Shown here: positions 10,701 to 24,245 of the stretch, piece after piece | Position numbering within the stretch: position 1 is the stretch's first letter | How the letters are laid out: each line of letters opens with the position of its first letter | Source of the DNA: Sedimentisphaerales bacterium | GTDB taxonomy: Bacteria > Planctomycetota > Phycisphaerae > Sedimentisphaerales > Anaerobacaceae | Assembly (NCBI GenBank): GCA_963708075.1 | Contig: OY970194.1 | Span: forward strand, 5,536,001-5,600,000 | Direction: 5' to 3' | DNA: 64,000 nt | Position numbers and translations under genes: made by a program | The notes under the pieces: model-generated | Seen by the model: only the letters and a program-made list of their open reading frames with translations | Database searches by the model: none | What the model was told of the DNA's origin: nothing

Positions 10701-10897
10701 CCGCCGCCGATCTGCCCGGCGATCCACGCCGGGTCGCCCGTCAGAACGCCGTTATTGCCTCCCACGGAGTCGGCGGCGGCGGTGCCGGACGTCTCATCCA
10801 GCTTCCACCAGCCGACCGGTCCCGAGCTGGACGCACCGGCCAGCGCCGGACCGATCAACAAAAGGATAGTCGTCAGACAAACCAGTCTCTTACACAT
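7793..10897 (-). CDS. Secreted LamG-like jellyroll / F5-8 (discoidin) multidomain protein
   Basis: GGAGGA RBS before MCKRLVCL signal peptide. N-terminal LamG, a YYWRVDEV Ig-like module, F5/8, then two tandem C-terminal LamG domains (657-bp period). Confidence 0.85.
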   Translation of the reverse strand: MCKRLVCLTTILLLIGPALAGASSSGPVGWWKLDETSGTAAADSVGGNNGVLTGDPAWIAGQIGGGLQFDGTDDFVTLPIGPLISTLSDSTFTIWVNFSNAGGAWQRIFDFGSGSGNSPYMFLCPRSGTNGPMRFAIRTATVGEQILNSPATLASGWHNVAASLDSATMTMKLYVDGEVVASGATELLPKDMGNTTQNWLGKSQWPDALFMGALDELRIYDRSLTQDDIKNVMQGGLGYGVANTPVVADKATLVLPNQKLSWTAGPVAETHDVYFGTVLDDVLTADSANPKGVAASKGQSGTSFDPGRMEFGTTYYWRVDEVGPAPDFVIYKGNVWTFTVEPFAYTLGKAAIKATASSSHSDKTGPEKTVDGSGLNATDGHSSLDTDMWLSAKDGPKPAWIQYEFDQTYCLNEMLVWNANSAMESVVGYGAMDVTVEYSVDGATWTSLGNVEFAQAPGEDNYAANTFVDFKDAPVKFVKLTINSNWGEVFPQFGLSEVRFLYIPAKATNSSPVSGTLNLESPVALSWRPGRNAVTHQVYLGTDKDNLPLVATVTEPGYSATVDPDKTYFWKVVEVNEADATPAWESSVLSFATVILPKDPGTGNLKHQYTFEDGTANDSVGQAHGKLIGGAAVVDGALVTAAQDQWMEMPGETIAMNTYQEVTVAAWYTPKAGANTGYAMLSYFGDSVNGLGANGYFVTTARGDNISRTGISVGNTSAPWSAESGANGKEYDDGKLHFMVSTIDATNITLYIDGAFISTTKLSATNKLSGISQTMACLGKGGYSNDPEWIGSIHEFRIYDKALSSAEVLYLSNTMPKDPGTKNLKHQYAFEDGTANDSVGQAHGTLVGGAAVVEGAMVTAVQNQWMEMPGGTIAMNTYKEVSIAAWFTPKAGANTGYTMLAYFGDSVGGFGSNGYFLCSARGDNVSRTGISIGNTSAPWSAESGANGKEYDDGLPHLMVSTINATNITLYIDGALIATTPLSAANKISGISPNFAYLAKGGYTGDPEWIGAVQEFRIYDKALSSGEVRYLAGEW

Positions 10898-10964
10898 AGC
10901 GATTCCTCCAAGTTCGAATTTTGGTACTTCAATTTCCAAAGCAGCGTCGCATCGGCGGCGCGGT

Positions 10965-13900
10965 TTATCGATCTCCCGCGAGGTAACGAACCTCAGAATC
11001 CGACAACGCACGGTTGTAGACGCGGAAGTCATCCAGAACACCGGCGAAGAACGGATCGGCGGTAAACTGCGATCGACCCAGCCAATTCTGGGTTGTGACG
11101 CCCAGATCCTTCGGCAGCGTCTTGGTTGCCGCGCTGGCAACGAACGCACCATCCTGGTACAGTCTCAGGGTCATGCTTGCGGAGTCGATGACGACGGCCA
11201 AGTGGTGCCAACCGGTTCCCAGTGCGACAGGCGCACGCACCAAGGACTCGGCTCCCGCGGCATAGCCGTTGGTGCTGATGGCAAACCTCGCGCTGGTCGT
11301 GGCAATGTCCTCTGCTGTCAGGAACATGTAGATGAGCGGGCCGGTGCCGAAGTCGAAGATTCGCTGCCAGGCAGCGCCGGTGTCGGCATAATTCACCCAG
11401 GTGGCGAAAGTCCCGCTGGTCATGGTGCTCAACAGTGTGCCGATGGGCAGATCCGCGTAATCGTTCGTCCCATCGAGGCTCAGTGCCTTACCATAGCCGG
11501 TCTGTCCGTCGACGAACGCCGGGTCGCCGGAGGCCGTGCCATGGTTGCCTTTGCCTGACGTGTCCTTCACATCGCCTTCCATCGCGTACAGCGCCACCAG
11601 GCCGGTATTGCCCGGATCGGCGGGAGTCACGATCTGCGGAGGCGCTGCGTATAGCAGGATATCATCGATGAAGAGGGTCCCGGTCCCGCCGGAAGAACCG
11701 TCGCCCACGCCGATGGCGAGCGTCTTGATGCTCTTGAGGTTCAGGCCGGCCACGGAAGCCAGATCGATGTTCCACTGCCTCCAGACGGGAAACGCCGTAC
11801 TGGGAGCGCCGCCGTTATAAACCACCTTCGTGCCGTTGATCTTGGCATAGACCGGCGCGGAGGTATTGGTCATATCGCCCCGGAAGAACACCACCAGCGT
11901 CGTGATGCCGTGCTTGCTCCAGTCCTGCGGGGGCGTGAACGTGCATTCGGTTCTCGGAGTACCGGGGAGCCCCAGTGTTGTCATAGTACAGGGGCATCGA
12001 TTGCGTGCCGCCATGGACGAGAACCGGTTTCCATGATGTCGCCGGCCTCAGGATCATAGCCGACCAGCGAGCCGCTGTTGTTGCCTGCACTGCCGTTCGG
12101 GAAGAAGTCATCGGGCGAGAAGCCTGCGCCATCGATCCAGGTCTGGAAGAGCCTCTTGGGGGAGTCATTGGTGTAGCTCTCAAAATCGTCTACCGCGACA
12201 TACGGGGCGGTTGAGAAACTCCACGCATCACTCGACCACGTTGTCGGCTGTGCGCTTTCATTGACCTCGACGACCTGCCAGTAGTAGGTCTTGACCAAGT
12301 CGGCCGAGACTTCATAACTGGGTGTGGAAACGGTGGTCGCAAGGGCCAGGTTGTTGACGTCGGCGCCCAGGTACACCTGGTGCGTGACGGCCTCCCGGCC
12401 GGCCCGCCAGGTCAAATTCACCTGCGGATGGACGTCGTTCGCATCGTCCGCGGGGCTGGGCTCTCTGGCGGATACCGGGACATAGAGGAAGCGGACTTCG
12501 CTAAGACCGAATTGCTTCACCATATCGTACCAGTTGCTGTTGATCGTCAATCTGACGTACTTGGCGGGCACGCCGACGAAATCAACAACGGTATCGGCCG
12601 CGCAAGGGCCCTCTCCGGAGGCCTGAACGAACTCGAAGTCTCCCAGGGCCGTCCAGCTCTGCGCGTCACTGGAGTATTCAACCGTGACGTCCTTGGCTCC
12701 GACGCCGACTGTTCCCTCCATGGCCTGGTTGGAGTTCCAGACGAGCATCTTGTCCAGCTTGTACGTCCTCTCGAAATTGAACTGAATCCAGGCCGGCTCG
12801 GGCCCCTTGTTCTTGCTGAGCCACATGTCGGGCGAATTGGTTGAATGCATGTCGTTGGCATCGAGAACCGGAACCGTTGATCGCCTTCTCAGGTCCCGTT
12901 CCCGTGGCGTGGACGCTGGAGGCCGCGGCGGTGATGCCCGTGATCGCATAGGAATACGGCTCGACCGTGAAGCTCCAGACGTTGCCTTTGAAGATCGTGT
13001 AGTCAGGGGCCGCGTTGACCTCATCGATCCGCCAGTAGTAGGTTTGTCCCAGATCCAGGCGGGCGGGCGGGTCATACGAATTGGCATCCTGCCCCTGGCT
13101 GACGAGCACGCCCAGCGCGTTGGTCCGGCTGGCGTTGCTGACGCTTTCCTGGGACGTGCCGAAATAGACATCGTGCGTTGCCGCTGTGTCACCCGCCCTC
13201 CAATCGAGGTTCGTGCTGCGCAGCACGTCTGTGGCGGCATCCATTGGGATGGGACCGGCGGCTGTGCTGGCGCGGTATCCGTCGGGCCCAAGGTCATGCT
13301 GCTTCTCCCGTTCCGCCGCAGACAGTGCGCCCTGCCAGAAACGGACTTCGTTGAAAATGGCATTGGCGGTGTTGTCGCCCCATTGCGACCGTCCCAGCCA
13401 GCAGTTGGTGTCGTCCAGGGTGGACAGCCGGTTCAACGTCTGGAACGTGCCCTGGGCGGCTCCCAGATCGGCATCGCCGGCCGGCGCGGTGTACCAGGTC
13501 ACCGTGGCTCCGTCAAACACAAAGACGATGTGGTATTCCGTCCCCAGCGTATAGGGGGCGTTGGTGTTGTCCGATGTGTTGTTGCCGGCCGGACCGAGCC
13601 ATTCCACCCGATCCGCGGTGGCAGTGGTTCCCTGCGTCCAACTCATGAATACGTTGTGCGTCGTGCTGCTGCCGAAATCGAAGATGCGGGACCAGTTCTG
13701 CACGGAGACTTGCGTAGCCCAAATCTCGATCGTGGCGGAATCGCCGAGGCCGCTCAGGATCCGATCGGCCAGATCGATGTAGTCGGAGCCGTCCTTGCCG
13801 CCGCCGGCCAGGGTGACAGCGGTGTCGGACAGGGTGGCGTTGTTTGCCCCCTGGTCCACAATCACGGCATCCTGCCCTCCCACGGAATCCGTGAGATCGC

Positions 13901-14000
13901 CGTTGAAGCTCCAACGGTGCGCCAGGTCGGCCGCCCACCCGGTCGCGGCCGTGCCCAACAGCACGAAAGCCGAGATCAGACATATCCATCTCATGCGCAT
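10965..14000 (-). CDS. Secreted LamG / F5-8 multidomain protein (3 apparent frameshifts)
   Basis: Signal peptide MRMRWICL. The ORF pieces join into one protein when one base is removed at each of 12863-12869, 12019-12025 and 11949-11955. Confidence 0.8.
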
Positions 14001-14214
14001 ATCATCTCTCCTTTTCTGCAAGTTCGTATCACGTCCCTTCGCACAACAAAACTTGTCCTGTCCGACATGTTGCCGGGATCCCTCCGTGTTGCTCTGCAGT
14101 GTCCAGGCTGATTTGTCCCATGGGAATAAAAGGTCGCGTGATCACCTCCTTCCTGCCAGCGAGCGCCCGAGCCAAGAGAACAACAGGTCTGCGCGGAGCT
14201 GCCGCCCGAAAGCT

Positions 14215-14342
14215 GTACGGGCGGGTTTCAAACCCGCCCCTACTGTACCACCTGAAATCATCCAGCCCTGACCTCCAACACCTCGTTGAACCGCGTGATC
14301 CTGCGTCCAACCGTGCTGGGGCGAACACGGATTCGCCCGTAC
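14215..14342. repeat. Two GTAG/GTAC-type REP palindromes
   Basis: GTACGGGCGGGTTTCAAACCCGCCCCTAC (14215-14243) and GCTGGGGCGAACACGGATTCGCCCGTAC (14315-14342). Confidence 0.8.
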
Positions 14343-14599
14343 GACACCCGTCCCTGCCTTATGAAGAAGCCTTGGCGACCCACTTGCGCCATCATGCATT
14401 ATCGGCCATACCACCTCTCGGGACAATGCAGTCTTGCGTTTTTCTTTCACCATTTTGCGAAGACATTCCCATGCCGCGTGAGCGGGCCCCGCTAATTGTA
14501 GATTGATGTAGTCTTGTTTGTTCGCGGGCGGGTGCGTGACCGTTCTTGCACACGTGTCGCGGGCCGGTGCCATTCTGAGGGTGCGTTTACCGCTTTGCG

Positions 14600-14764
14600 G
14601 GTACCGATGGGGAGCTTGCCCATCGGTACCACAGGAGGTACACTGGCAATGCCGGCTCGGAGGATAGGGCAACGCTGGCGAGCGACCTGAGCGCCGCAGC
14701 CGGTGGTATACGGTGGGGAGGGCCCGGCCTCTTGCCGGGCCTTCCACTCTCCCCATCGGTACCC
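14600..14764. repeat. GGTACCGATGGG-type hairpin elements
   Basis: Perfect 12-bp stem at 14600-14630 and a related nested hairpin at 14702-14764. Confidence 0.6.
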
Positions 14765-14847
14765 AGAACGCGATAAACGCACCCCATCGAAGACGCCACC
14801 ATAGTTGCTGTGCTGAAGCCGCAAAGACTGTCATGCACCCTGCGCGG

Positions 14848-16070
14848 TAGGGCTATCGCATCTAAATTGAGCCTTTGTAGGTGTGGTTTCGTATTCTTCT
14901 CAGAAGCAAGACACTCAGATTAGAGAGGAATACGTTCTTGATGAGCAAGTCGATTTGGGATCATTTTGCCGCGGTTCCTGATCCTCGCGTGGAGCGGACG
15001 AAACGGCATGAATTACAGGATATTCTGGTCATTGGCGTCTGTGCCGTGATCTGCGGGGCTGAGCACTGGACGGACGTAGAGATGTTCGGCAACGTCAACG
15101 AGGAATGGTTTGGCACGTTTCTGGACCTGCCCAATGGCATTCCATCGCATGATACCTTTGGTCGGGTCTTTGCCGCCCTGGACCCGGATGCGTTTGAAGC
15201 GGTCATGCAGGCGTTTGTGGCGGATCTGGCCGGCAGCAGCCGGGGCAAGCACATCGCCATCGACGGCAAGACCCTGCGAAACAGCTTTGATCGGGTCCGT
15301 GCCAAAGGCCCGTTGCACATGGTCAGTGCCTGGGTCCACGAGAACTGCGTGGCTTTCGGCCAACGGGCGGTCGATGCCAAGAGCAATGAGATCACCGCGA
15401 TCCCGGAGTTGCTCAAGCTGCTCGACGTGGAGGAGGCAACCATCACGATTGACGCCATGGGTTGTCAAAAGGAGATCGCCGAGCAGATCGTCGATCAGGG
15501 CGGCGACTATGTGCTGGCCCTCAAGGCTAACCAAGGGACTCTGTACGAGGATGCCCGGATGTACATGGAGGACGGCATCGCCCACGGGTTTGCCGGCGAG
15601 CAGGACTTCTGGGAAACCGTGGAAAAAGGCCATGGACGACTGGAAACCCGCCGGGTGTGGACTACCAGCGATGTGGGATGGCTGCAAGGGCGTCACGACT
15701 GGCCGGGTCTGGGCAGCCTCACGGCCATCGAGCGAGAGCGTCAGGTCAACGGCCAGTGCGAACGAAAGCGACACTACTTCATCAGCTCCCATCCGGGACA
15801 CTGTGCCCAGCGTCTGGGGACATTGATTCGCCATCACTGGTCCGTGGAGGTCCAGTTGCACTGGTCGCTGGACGTGAGTTTCCATGAGGACGCCAGTCGA
15901 GTCCGAGTGGCCAACGCCGCCGAGAACTTCTCGCGATTGCGTCGAATCGCCCTGATGCTGCTCAAGCAGGAGAAGACGGCCAAGGGCGGCATCGCCGCCA
16001 AACGCCTCCGAGCCGGCTGGGACCGAGACTACCTGCTTAAGGTCCTTGGCATTTAGATGCGATAGCCCTG
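14848..16070 (+). mobile_element. ISAs1-family insertion sequence
   Basis: 20-bp terminal inverted repeats (T/C)AGGGCTATCGCATCTAAAT; 10-bp target duplication CCCTGCGCGG at 14838-14847 and 16071-16080. Confidence 0.95.
14941..16056 (+). CDS. ISAs1-family DDE transposase
   Basis: [45 protein letters not shown] and [11 protein letters not shown] motifs; intact ORF. Confidence 0.95.
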   Translation: MSKSIWDHFAAVPDPRVERTKRHELQDILVIGVCAVICGAEHWTDVEMFGNVNEEWFGTFLDLPNGIPSHDTFGRVFAALDPDAFEAVMQAFVADLAGSSRGKHIAIDGKTLRNSFDRVRAKGPLHMVSAWVHENCVAFGQRAVDAKSNEITAIPELLKLLDVEEATITIDAMGCQKEIAEQIVDQGGDYVLALKANQGTLYEDARMYMEDGIAHGFAGEQDFWETVEKGHGRLETRRVWTTSDVGWLQGRHDWPGLGSLTAIERERQVNGQCERKRHYFISSHPGHCAQRLGTLIRHHWSVEVQLHWSLDVSFHEDASRVRVANAAENFSRLRRIALMLLKQEKTAKGGIAAKRLRAGWDRDYLLKVLGI

Positions 16071-16089
16071 CCCTGCGCGGGGTGCGGTC

Positions 16090-16119
16090 TTGACCCGGCA
16101 TGGTGCTTCCTGCTATAAT
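16090..16119 (+). promoter_or_regulatory. sigma70 promoter of the CotH-domain gene
   Basis: TTGACC, 18 nt, TATAAT with a TGn extension; AGGAGG RBS at 16173-16178. Confidence 0.75.
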
Positions 16120-16185
16120 GGACAAGTGCGGGAACACATTTGGAGTTTGCTCCTGCAGTTCTTTTGCCGCCCAGGAGGTGTGAGT

Positions 16186-19100
16186 TTGTCTGCCATTCGG
16201 AAATGTGGGATATCCGGTCGTTCAAAAGTTCTGCGGATTCTGTGGGTGTTGTTGGCGTGCCTGCTGCAATGGGGACCGGGTCTTTGTCCGGCGGTGCGGG
16301 CGAATGATGGTTCGCCCCTGCGGATCAACGAGGTCCTGGCAGCCAACAACAGCGTTCTGGAAGACCCTCAGAAGGAGTACGACGACTGGATTGAGATTTA
16401 CAATGCGGGCGCAGTGCCCGTGGATGTCGCGGGGATGTATGTCACCGATGACTTGGGCGAGCCGACCAAATGGCAATTCCCGTCGGGTCATCCGGAGCTC
16501 ACGGTCATCCAACCCGGTGGATTCCTCCTGCTTTGGGCCGATGGTGATACTGCGGACCCGGGCCTCCACGCGGGCTTCAATCTCAGCGCCGATGGAGAGG
16601 AACTCGGTCTGTTCAACTCCGATGGGGTCACGCTGGTGGACAGCCTATCCTTCGGCCCCCAGTCTGTGGATGTCTCCTACGGCCGTTACCCGGATGGCTC
16701 GAGCGAGCTGCGGCCCATGGGCTGGCCCACCCCGGGCGACAAGAACATCAGCACCTATGCCGGGGCGGTCGCCCAGCCGCAATTGTCTCAGACCCGAGGG
16801 TTCTACGACCAGGCTTTCACTTTGGAGCTGACGACAGAAACCGAGGGCGCCACCATCTACTACACGCTCACCGGCGTCGATCCCCTTGTTGGAGCGGGGC
16901 GCGTGCCGGTAGGGACACGGTACACCGAGCCGATCCAGATCTCCCGAACGACCTGCGTGCCGCGCGGCGGCCACTAAGGCCGGCTGGATGCCGACGGCTA
17001 CAGTCACCTCCACCTACATCTTCCTCGACACCGTCATCCGGCAGCCTGTGTTGCCATCGGGGTTTCCGTCAAATTGGGGGTCGACCCGGGTTGATTACGA
17101 GATGGACCCCGATGTCGTTAATAGCCCGGCCTACGCATCGACCATCAAGGATGACCTCAAGACAATCCCATCCGTGAGCGTCGTCCTGAGCAATGACGAT
17201 TTCTTCGGCGCCCAGAAAGGCATCTACGCCAACACCCAGGCCCATGGAATCGAATGGGAGAAGCGGGCCTCGATCGAATGGATCGATCCGATGAAGGGGG
17301 ACAACTTCCAGGTGAACGCAGGCCTGCGTGTGCACGGGAGCCAGTACGGCAGAACAGCCGGCGTGGCCAAGCATTCGCTGCGGGTTCTCTTCCGGAATGA
17401 ATACGGTCCCTCCCGGTTGGAGTATCCGCTCTTTGAGGACAGTGACATTGACCGCTTTGACTGCCTGATCCTTCGCGGCATCTGGAACTACTCGTGGTTC
17501 GGCGACAGCGCGGCGTGCGGCGGCATTGGAACCAGCCATGCGGATTACCTGCGGGACCTCTACTCACGGGACACGGTCCGCGACCTGGGCCGGCTGAACC
17601 CGCGCGGCAGACCCGTTCACGTCTATATCAACGGTCTCTACTGGGGCCTCTACATTCTGTCCGAAAGGCCCGACGACGGTTTTGCTGCGGAGCATCTCGG
17701 GGGAAACAAAGAAGACTACGACGTCCTCTACGCCAATGGCTCGATGGAAGTAGTCGCAGGCGATCTGGCGGCGTGGAACACGATGCTGACTGCTGCGGCG
17801 GGCGATCTGAGCAGCCCGCAGGCATACGAGGCATTCCAGCGGCTCGTGGATGTCCCTTCCATGATCGATTACCTGCTGATGGTTTACTACGTGGGCAGCC
17901 GGGATGCGCCCGTGCTCCTGTGCAACAATCAGGTGCCCCGCAACTTCTACACGCTGCGCCGCCGCAATCCGGCAGGGCCTTTTGTATTCCTGCCGTGGGA
18001 TGTAGAGTGGACTCTTGAATCGCCGACGGAAGACCGGGTGAGAGTCGTCGGGCAGGCCAACCCGCACTACCTGCTCAGCCGGCTGAATGCTAACGCGGAT
18101 TTCCGCGTGCTGCTGGCCGACCACATCTATCGGCAACTCTTCAATGACGGAGCGCTGACCCCGTCCAACTCGGCTGGACGCTATATGGCGCGTGCGACTG
18201 AGATCGATCGCGCCATCGTCGGCGAGTCTGCCCGATGGGGCGACAGCATCAGATCCAATCAGCCTTATACGCGTGTGGACTGGATCGCCGAGCGCGACCG
18301 GTTGGTGAATCAGTATTTCTCCAGCCGTACCGACACCGTGATGAGTCAGCTCCGGCAAGCGGGTTTCTATCCATCTGTTTCGCCGCCCGACTTCCTCGTG
18401 AACGGCAAGCCGCAACGGGGAGGCAACATCGACGCCGGAGACGCGGTCACCCTGAGCGCTGTCACGGGGACAGTCTGGTACACCCTGGACGGCAGCGACC
18501 CGCGGGTACCGGGCGCGACGGCTTCCGGCGAGCAGCCGCTTACGTGGGTACCGGAGAACGCTCCCAAGAAAGTGCTCGTGCCGACTGGCTCGATCGGCGA
18601 CGCCTGGCGGAGTGACGCCGATTTCGACGACTCCACATGGATCAGTGGCTCAGGTGGCGTCGGGCTCGAACGAAGCAGCGGTTACGAAGCGTACTTCAGC
18701 ATCAACCTGATGAACTCGATGTACGGGAAAAATGCGACTTGTTATATTCGCATCCCGTTCGATCTCTCGGCACAGGATTATAAGGATATATCGGGGCTTC
18801 TCCTGCGGGTGCGCTACGATGACGGCTTTGTTGCCTGGCTCAACGGTGTAGAGGTCCAGCGGGCCTTGTTCAACGGCGCGCCTGCATGGAACTCGTCGGC
18901 AACCTCCAATCATGACGACAGGGACGCGGTCAACCTCGAGACGTTCGACATCTCCGCGCACATCGACAAACTCAGGAATGGTCGGAACGTCCTGGCGATT
19001 CAAGGTCTCAACGCGGGAGCGACCAGCTCCGACTTCCTGATCAGCGTGGAGTTGGCGGGGAGCAAAGGGGCGACAGGAGGGACTCCCAGCGGAGTATCCC

Positions 19101-19711
19101 CGACCGCCATCCGCTACCAGGGTTCGTTCACGCTCGATGCCAGCGCCCACATCAAGGCCCGGACTCTCAGCGGCAGCACCTGGAGCGCACTGAACGAGGC
19201 GGTCTTTGCCGTCGGGCCGGTGGCGGAGAGCCTGAGAATCAGCGAGATCATGTACCATCCGGCCGAGACAGGCGATCCCAACGATCCGAACACCGAGTAC
19301 ATCGAGCTGACCAACATCGGCAGCCAGGCCATCAACCTCAATCTGGCTCGATTCACCAACGGTGTGGATTTCACATTTGGGAACGATGAACTGGCTCCAG
19401 GCGGCTACTGCCTCGTCGTGAAGGACGCGGCGGCGTTCGAGGCCAAATACTCCTCCGGTCTGCCCGTGGTTGGGCAGTATACAGGCAGCTTGAGCAATGC
19501 CGGCGAGCGGATCGAATTGCAGGATGCGGCGGGCAACATCATCCATAGCTTCAGGTTCAATGATGGTTGGTTTGACGCCACTGATGGCCGCGGCTTCTCA
19601 CTGACCGTCAAGGACCCGAGGACAGTGGATCCGAACGCTCTCAATGATAAAAGCGTCTGGCGGCCCAGCGCTCGGACAGGCGGTTCCCCCGGCTCGAACG
19701 ACAGCCCTTGA
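16186..19711 (+). CDS. Secreted lamin-tail-domain / CotH kinase-like protein (frameshift near 16960; start approximate)
   Basis: LRINEVLA and ISEIMYHP lamin-tail domains, IYYTLTG chitobiase-like module, CotH features (VYINGLYWGLY, PWDVE). One extra C near 16960 splits the ORF (TCVRAAATKAGWMP when removed). Confidence 0.85.
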
Positions 19712-19730
19712 CGGGAGCGGGGGACGACGA

Positions 19731-20204
19731 TCACTGCCTGTTTGCGCCGCCACCGGAATCGTTGCAGACCTCTATCGTATCTCCTGTGGCGATCCAGCCG
19801 GAATTGACGACCTTTGCGAAAATGCCCTCGCGGGGCATGATGCAGTCCCCGATCTGAGAGTAAATGGCGCATCGGCTGTGGCACTGCTTGCCGTGTTGGG
19901 TGATCTCCAGCACGGCCGCATCGCCGATTCTGAGTCTGCTGCCGACGATCAGCTTGCTCAGGTCGATGCCCTCGGTCGTAATATTCTCTGCAAAAGCGCC
20001 GGGCCTGACGCGGCCGCCCTGCGCCGCCATCTTCTCAATGGATTCGACGGCCAGAAGGCTGACTTGCCTGTGCCAGGAGCCGGCGTGGGCATCCCCGACG
20101 ATGCCGTGATCGCACTCCAGTTGCGCCCCCGCAACGTTGGTCTTGGACACACCTTTGTGCTCGGAAACCGAGATGGCTTTCACCGAGCCCGTGATAGTCG
20201 CCAT
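19731..20204 (-). CDS. MOSC domain protein
   Basis: GIVGDAHAG-WHRQVSLL, PGAFAENI, GKQCHSRC and CIMPREGIFAKV. Confidence 0.9.
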   Translation of the reverse strand: MATITGSVKAISVSEHKGVSKTNVAGAQLECDHGIVGDAHAGSWHRQVSLLAVESIEKMAAQGGRVRPGAFAENITTEGIDLSKLIVGSRLRIGDAAVLEITQHGKQCHSRCAIYSQIGDCIMPREGIFAKVVNSGWIATGDTIEVCNDSGGGANRQ

Positions 20205-20397
20205 TTCTGCCTTTGGTCCTGCTTCACAATACGCGACGTTTCGCCCGCACCCCTCGCCGGGCGGCGGCAAACTCATCGCGCTTATCTTCGGTGGGAAGGC
20301 CTCGACCGTCAAGCCCGATTTGCGCACCGGCGCCGGGTGCGGCCGGCATTCGGTGGCGGGTTCGGAATCCGCCCGACACAAGAGCGCAGCGCAGTCT

Positions 20398-20680
20398 TCT
20401 TTCGCCCCTGCGGGGCTTTGAGATAGGATTGACTATCGTACCCACCGTTGAAACGGTGGGCTAGTGTCGATCGCCCCCGTGGGGCGGACGGGCCGACGCA
20501 AGAGGACTGGAGCGCAGTCCAGGCTCGAAGGGCGATAGAGAATAGCTGCAACACCTGCGGGATAGTGATCGATCGGTCCGGGTGCTGTCCAAGCCCGCAG
20601 GGCGATAGAGAATAGCCCAGCGATTCATCGCTGGGGAACCGAGGCCGAGGACAAAAGCCAGTCCCGTAAGGGACGAAAGA
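20398..20680. repeat. Inverted pair of composite three-hairpin REPIN-like units
   Basis: Unit 1 (20398-20486) is centred on CCCACCGTTGAAACGGTGGGCTA; inverted unit 2 (20592-20680) on TAGCCCAGCGATTCATCGCTGGG; a partial copy lies near 20521-20545. Confidence 0.7.
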
Positions 20681-20878
20681 GGCGCAGTCCGCACACGGCG
20701 GCTGCACGCCGCCACCGAATTCCGACCACACCCGCCGGCAGTGTCTCTGCAGGTCTTGGGGCACCGTGTTGGGTGGCATCGGCAAGCTCCGTTTCTCTCC
20801 TCTTGCCGCTGGCACCCTACCACCAGACTGTCTTCACAGATACGATACCGCCGCCAGTTCACTGATGGATGTGCGCGG

Positions 20879-23364
<2,486 letters not shown>

Positions 23365-23394
23365 CGTCTTTCTCCTTTCAGCAGTTGTCGTGCT

Positions 23395-23847
23395 TCATAG
23401 ATCGTTGCCGATAGCCGATGTCGCAGCCCGCGCCATCGTCTCAGAAATACGGTTCAGAAACTCGACCAGGGTATCTGCTTCGTCGGGCCGCAAGGCCGCC
23501 AGCAGGCGCTGCCGCACCGGCTCGCTGTCCGCCCACAGCCTATCATATACCTGCCGTCCCTTACGCGTCAGCGTGACGCTGCGCGCGCGGCGGTCGGTGG
23601 GATGTCCCTTGCGTGCCACCAGGCCGCGGCTCTCCATCCGCACGAGCATGGCGCGAACCGTATTGGCGTCGGATGAAGCCCGTCGGACGAGTTCCTGTTG
23701 AGTGATCCCATCCTGTTCCGCCAGGAGGGCCAGAAGGACGAATTGATCGGCCGTCACCCCGCCCCTGGCAAGCCGCGCCTGTGTCCGGCGGTGCATCCCC
23801 CAGTAGGCGGCTCGCAACCCCATCGCAATGTCATGCCCGGACGCCAT
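23395..23847 (-). CDS. MarR family transcriptional regulator
   Basis: Winged HTH with the GLVAR..HPTDRRA.SVTLT.KG pattern. Confidence 0.92.
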   Translation of the reverse strand: MASGHDIAMGLRAAYWGMHRRTQARLARGGVTADQFVLLALLAEQDGITQQELVRRASSDANTVRAMLVRMESRGLVARKGHPTDRRARSVTLTRKGRQVYDRLWADSEPVRQRLLAALRPDEADTLVEFLNRISETMARAATSAIGNDL

Positions 23848-23867
23848 CCCTTCACCCCGGCAAGAAT

Positions 23868-23923
23868 ATACGTATACGTATGAGTCTGGCGGAAAGTCTA
23901 CGGCCGCATGACAGAAAGGTCAA
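23868..23923 (-). promoter_or_regulatory. Promoter and palindromic operator of the marR-esterase operon
   Basis: Minus strand TTGACC (23923-23918), 17 nt, TAGACT (23900-23895); perfect palindrome ATACGTATACGTAT at 23868-23881. Confidence 0.7.
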
Positions 23924-24088
23924 CCGGAAAATGCAAGCTTTGTGGGAGCAGTGTCTGTGCAGGTTTCTTGAGGATTATGCCACCCAAATCTCAACCATGT
24001 GGGACGAACCCGACGAGTTTGGCGGTGCCGCACGGGGACATGGAATACCTGGTCGCCGTCGGCTTAAAGCACGCGTGGGTTGCCGCCT

Positions 24089-24116
24089 GTACGGGCGAAA
24101 CATTCTTCGCCCCTGC
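24089..24116. repeat. REP palindrome
   Basis: GTACGGGCGAAACATTCTTCGCCCCTGC, same family as the copies at 14315 and 35050. Confidence 0.7.
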
Positions 24117-24245
24117 GGATCAGGCGACAACCCACGCGAAATCCTTATCCTTGCTCGGAGGATCGGCAAAGGAGCAAGCGATCCTCAACGTCACCGCAGG
24201 GCCACTTTCCGGCGGTCCACCTGCGTTTCTTCACCCATCGTCCGG

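Noticed and set aside
14405..14467. Fourth AraC box (minus strand CTTCGCAAAATGG)
   Set aside because: Weak match and no convincing -10 at the 48-49 nt spacing.
19715..19765. Possible mogA N-terminal remnant after MOSC (alternate frame TIPVAAQTGSDR)
   Set aside because: Too short and degenerate, with no start codon; cannot be separated from chance.
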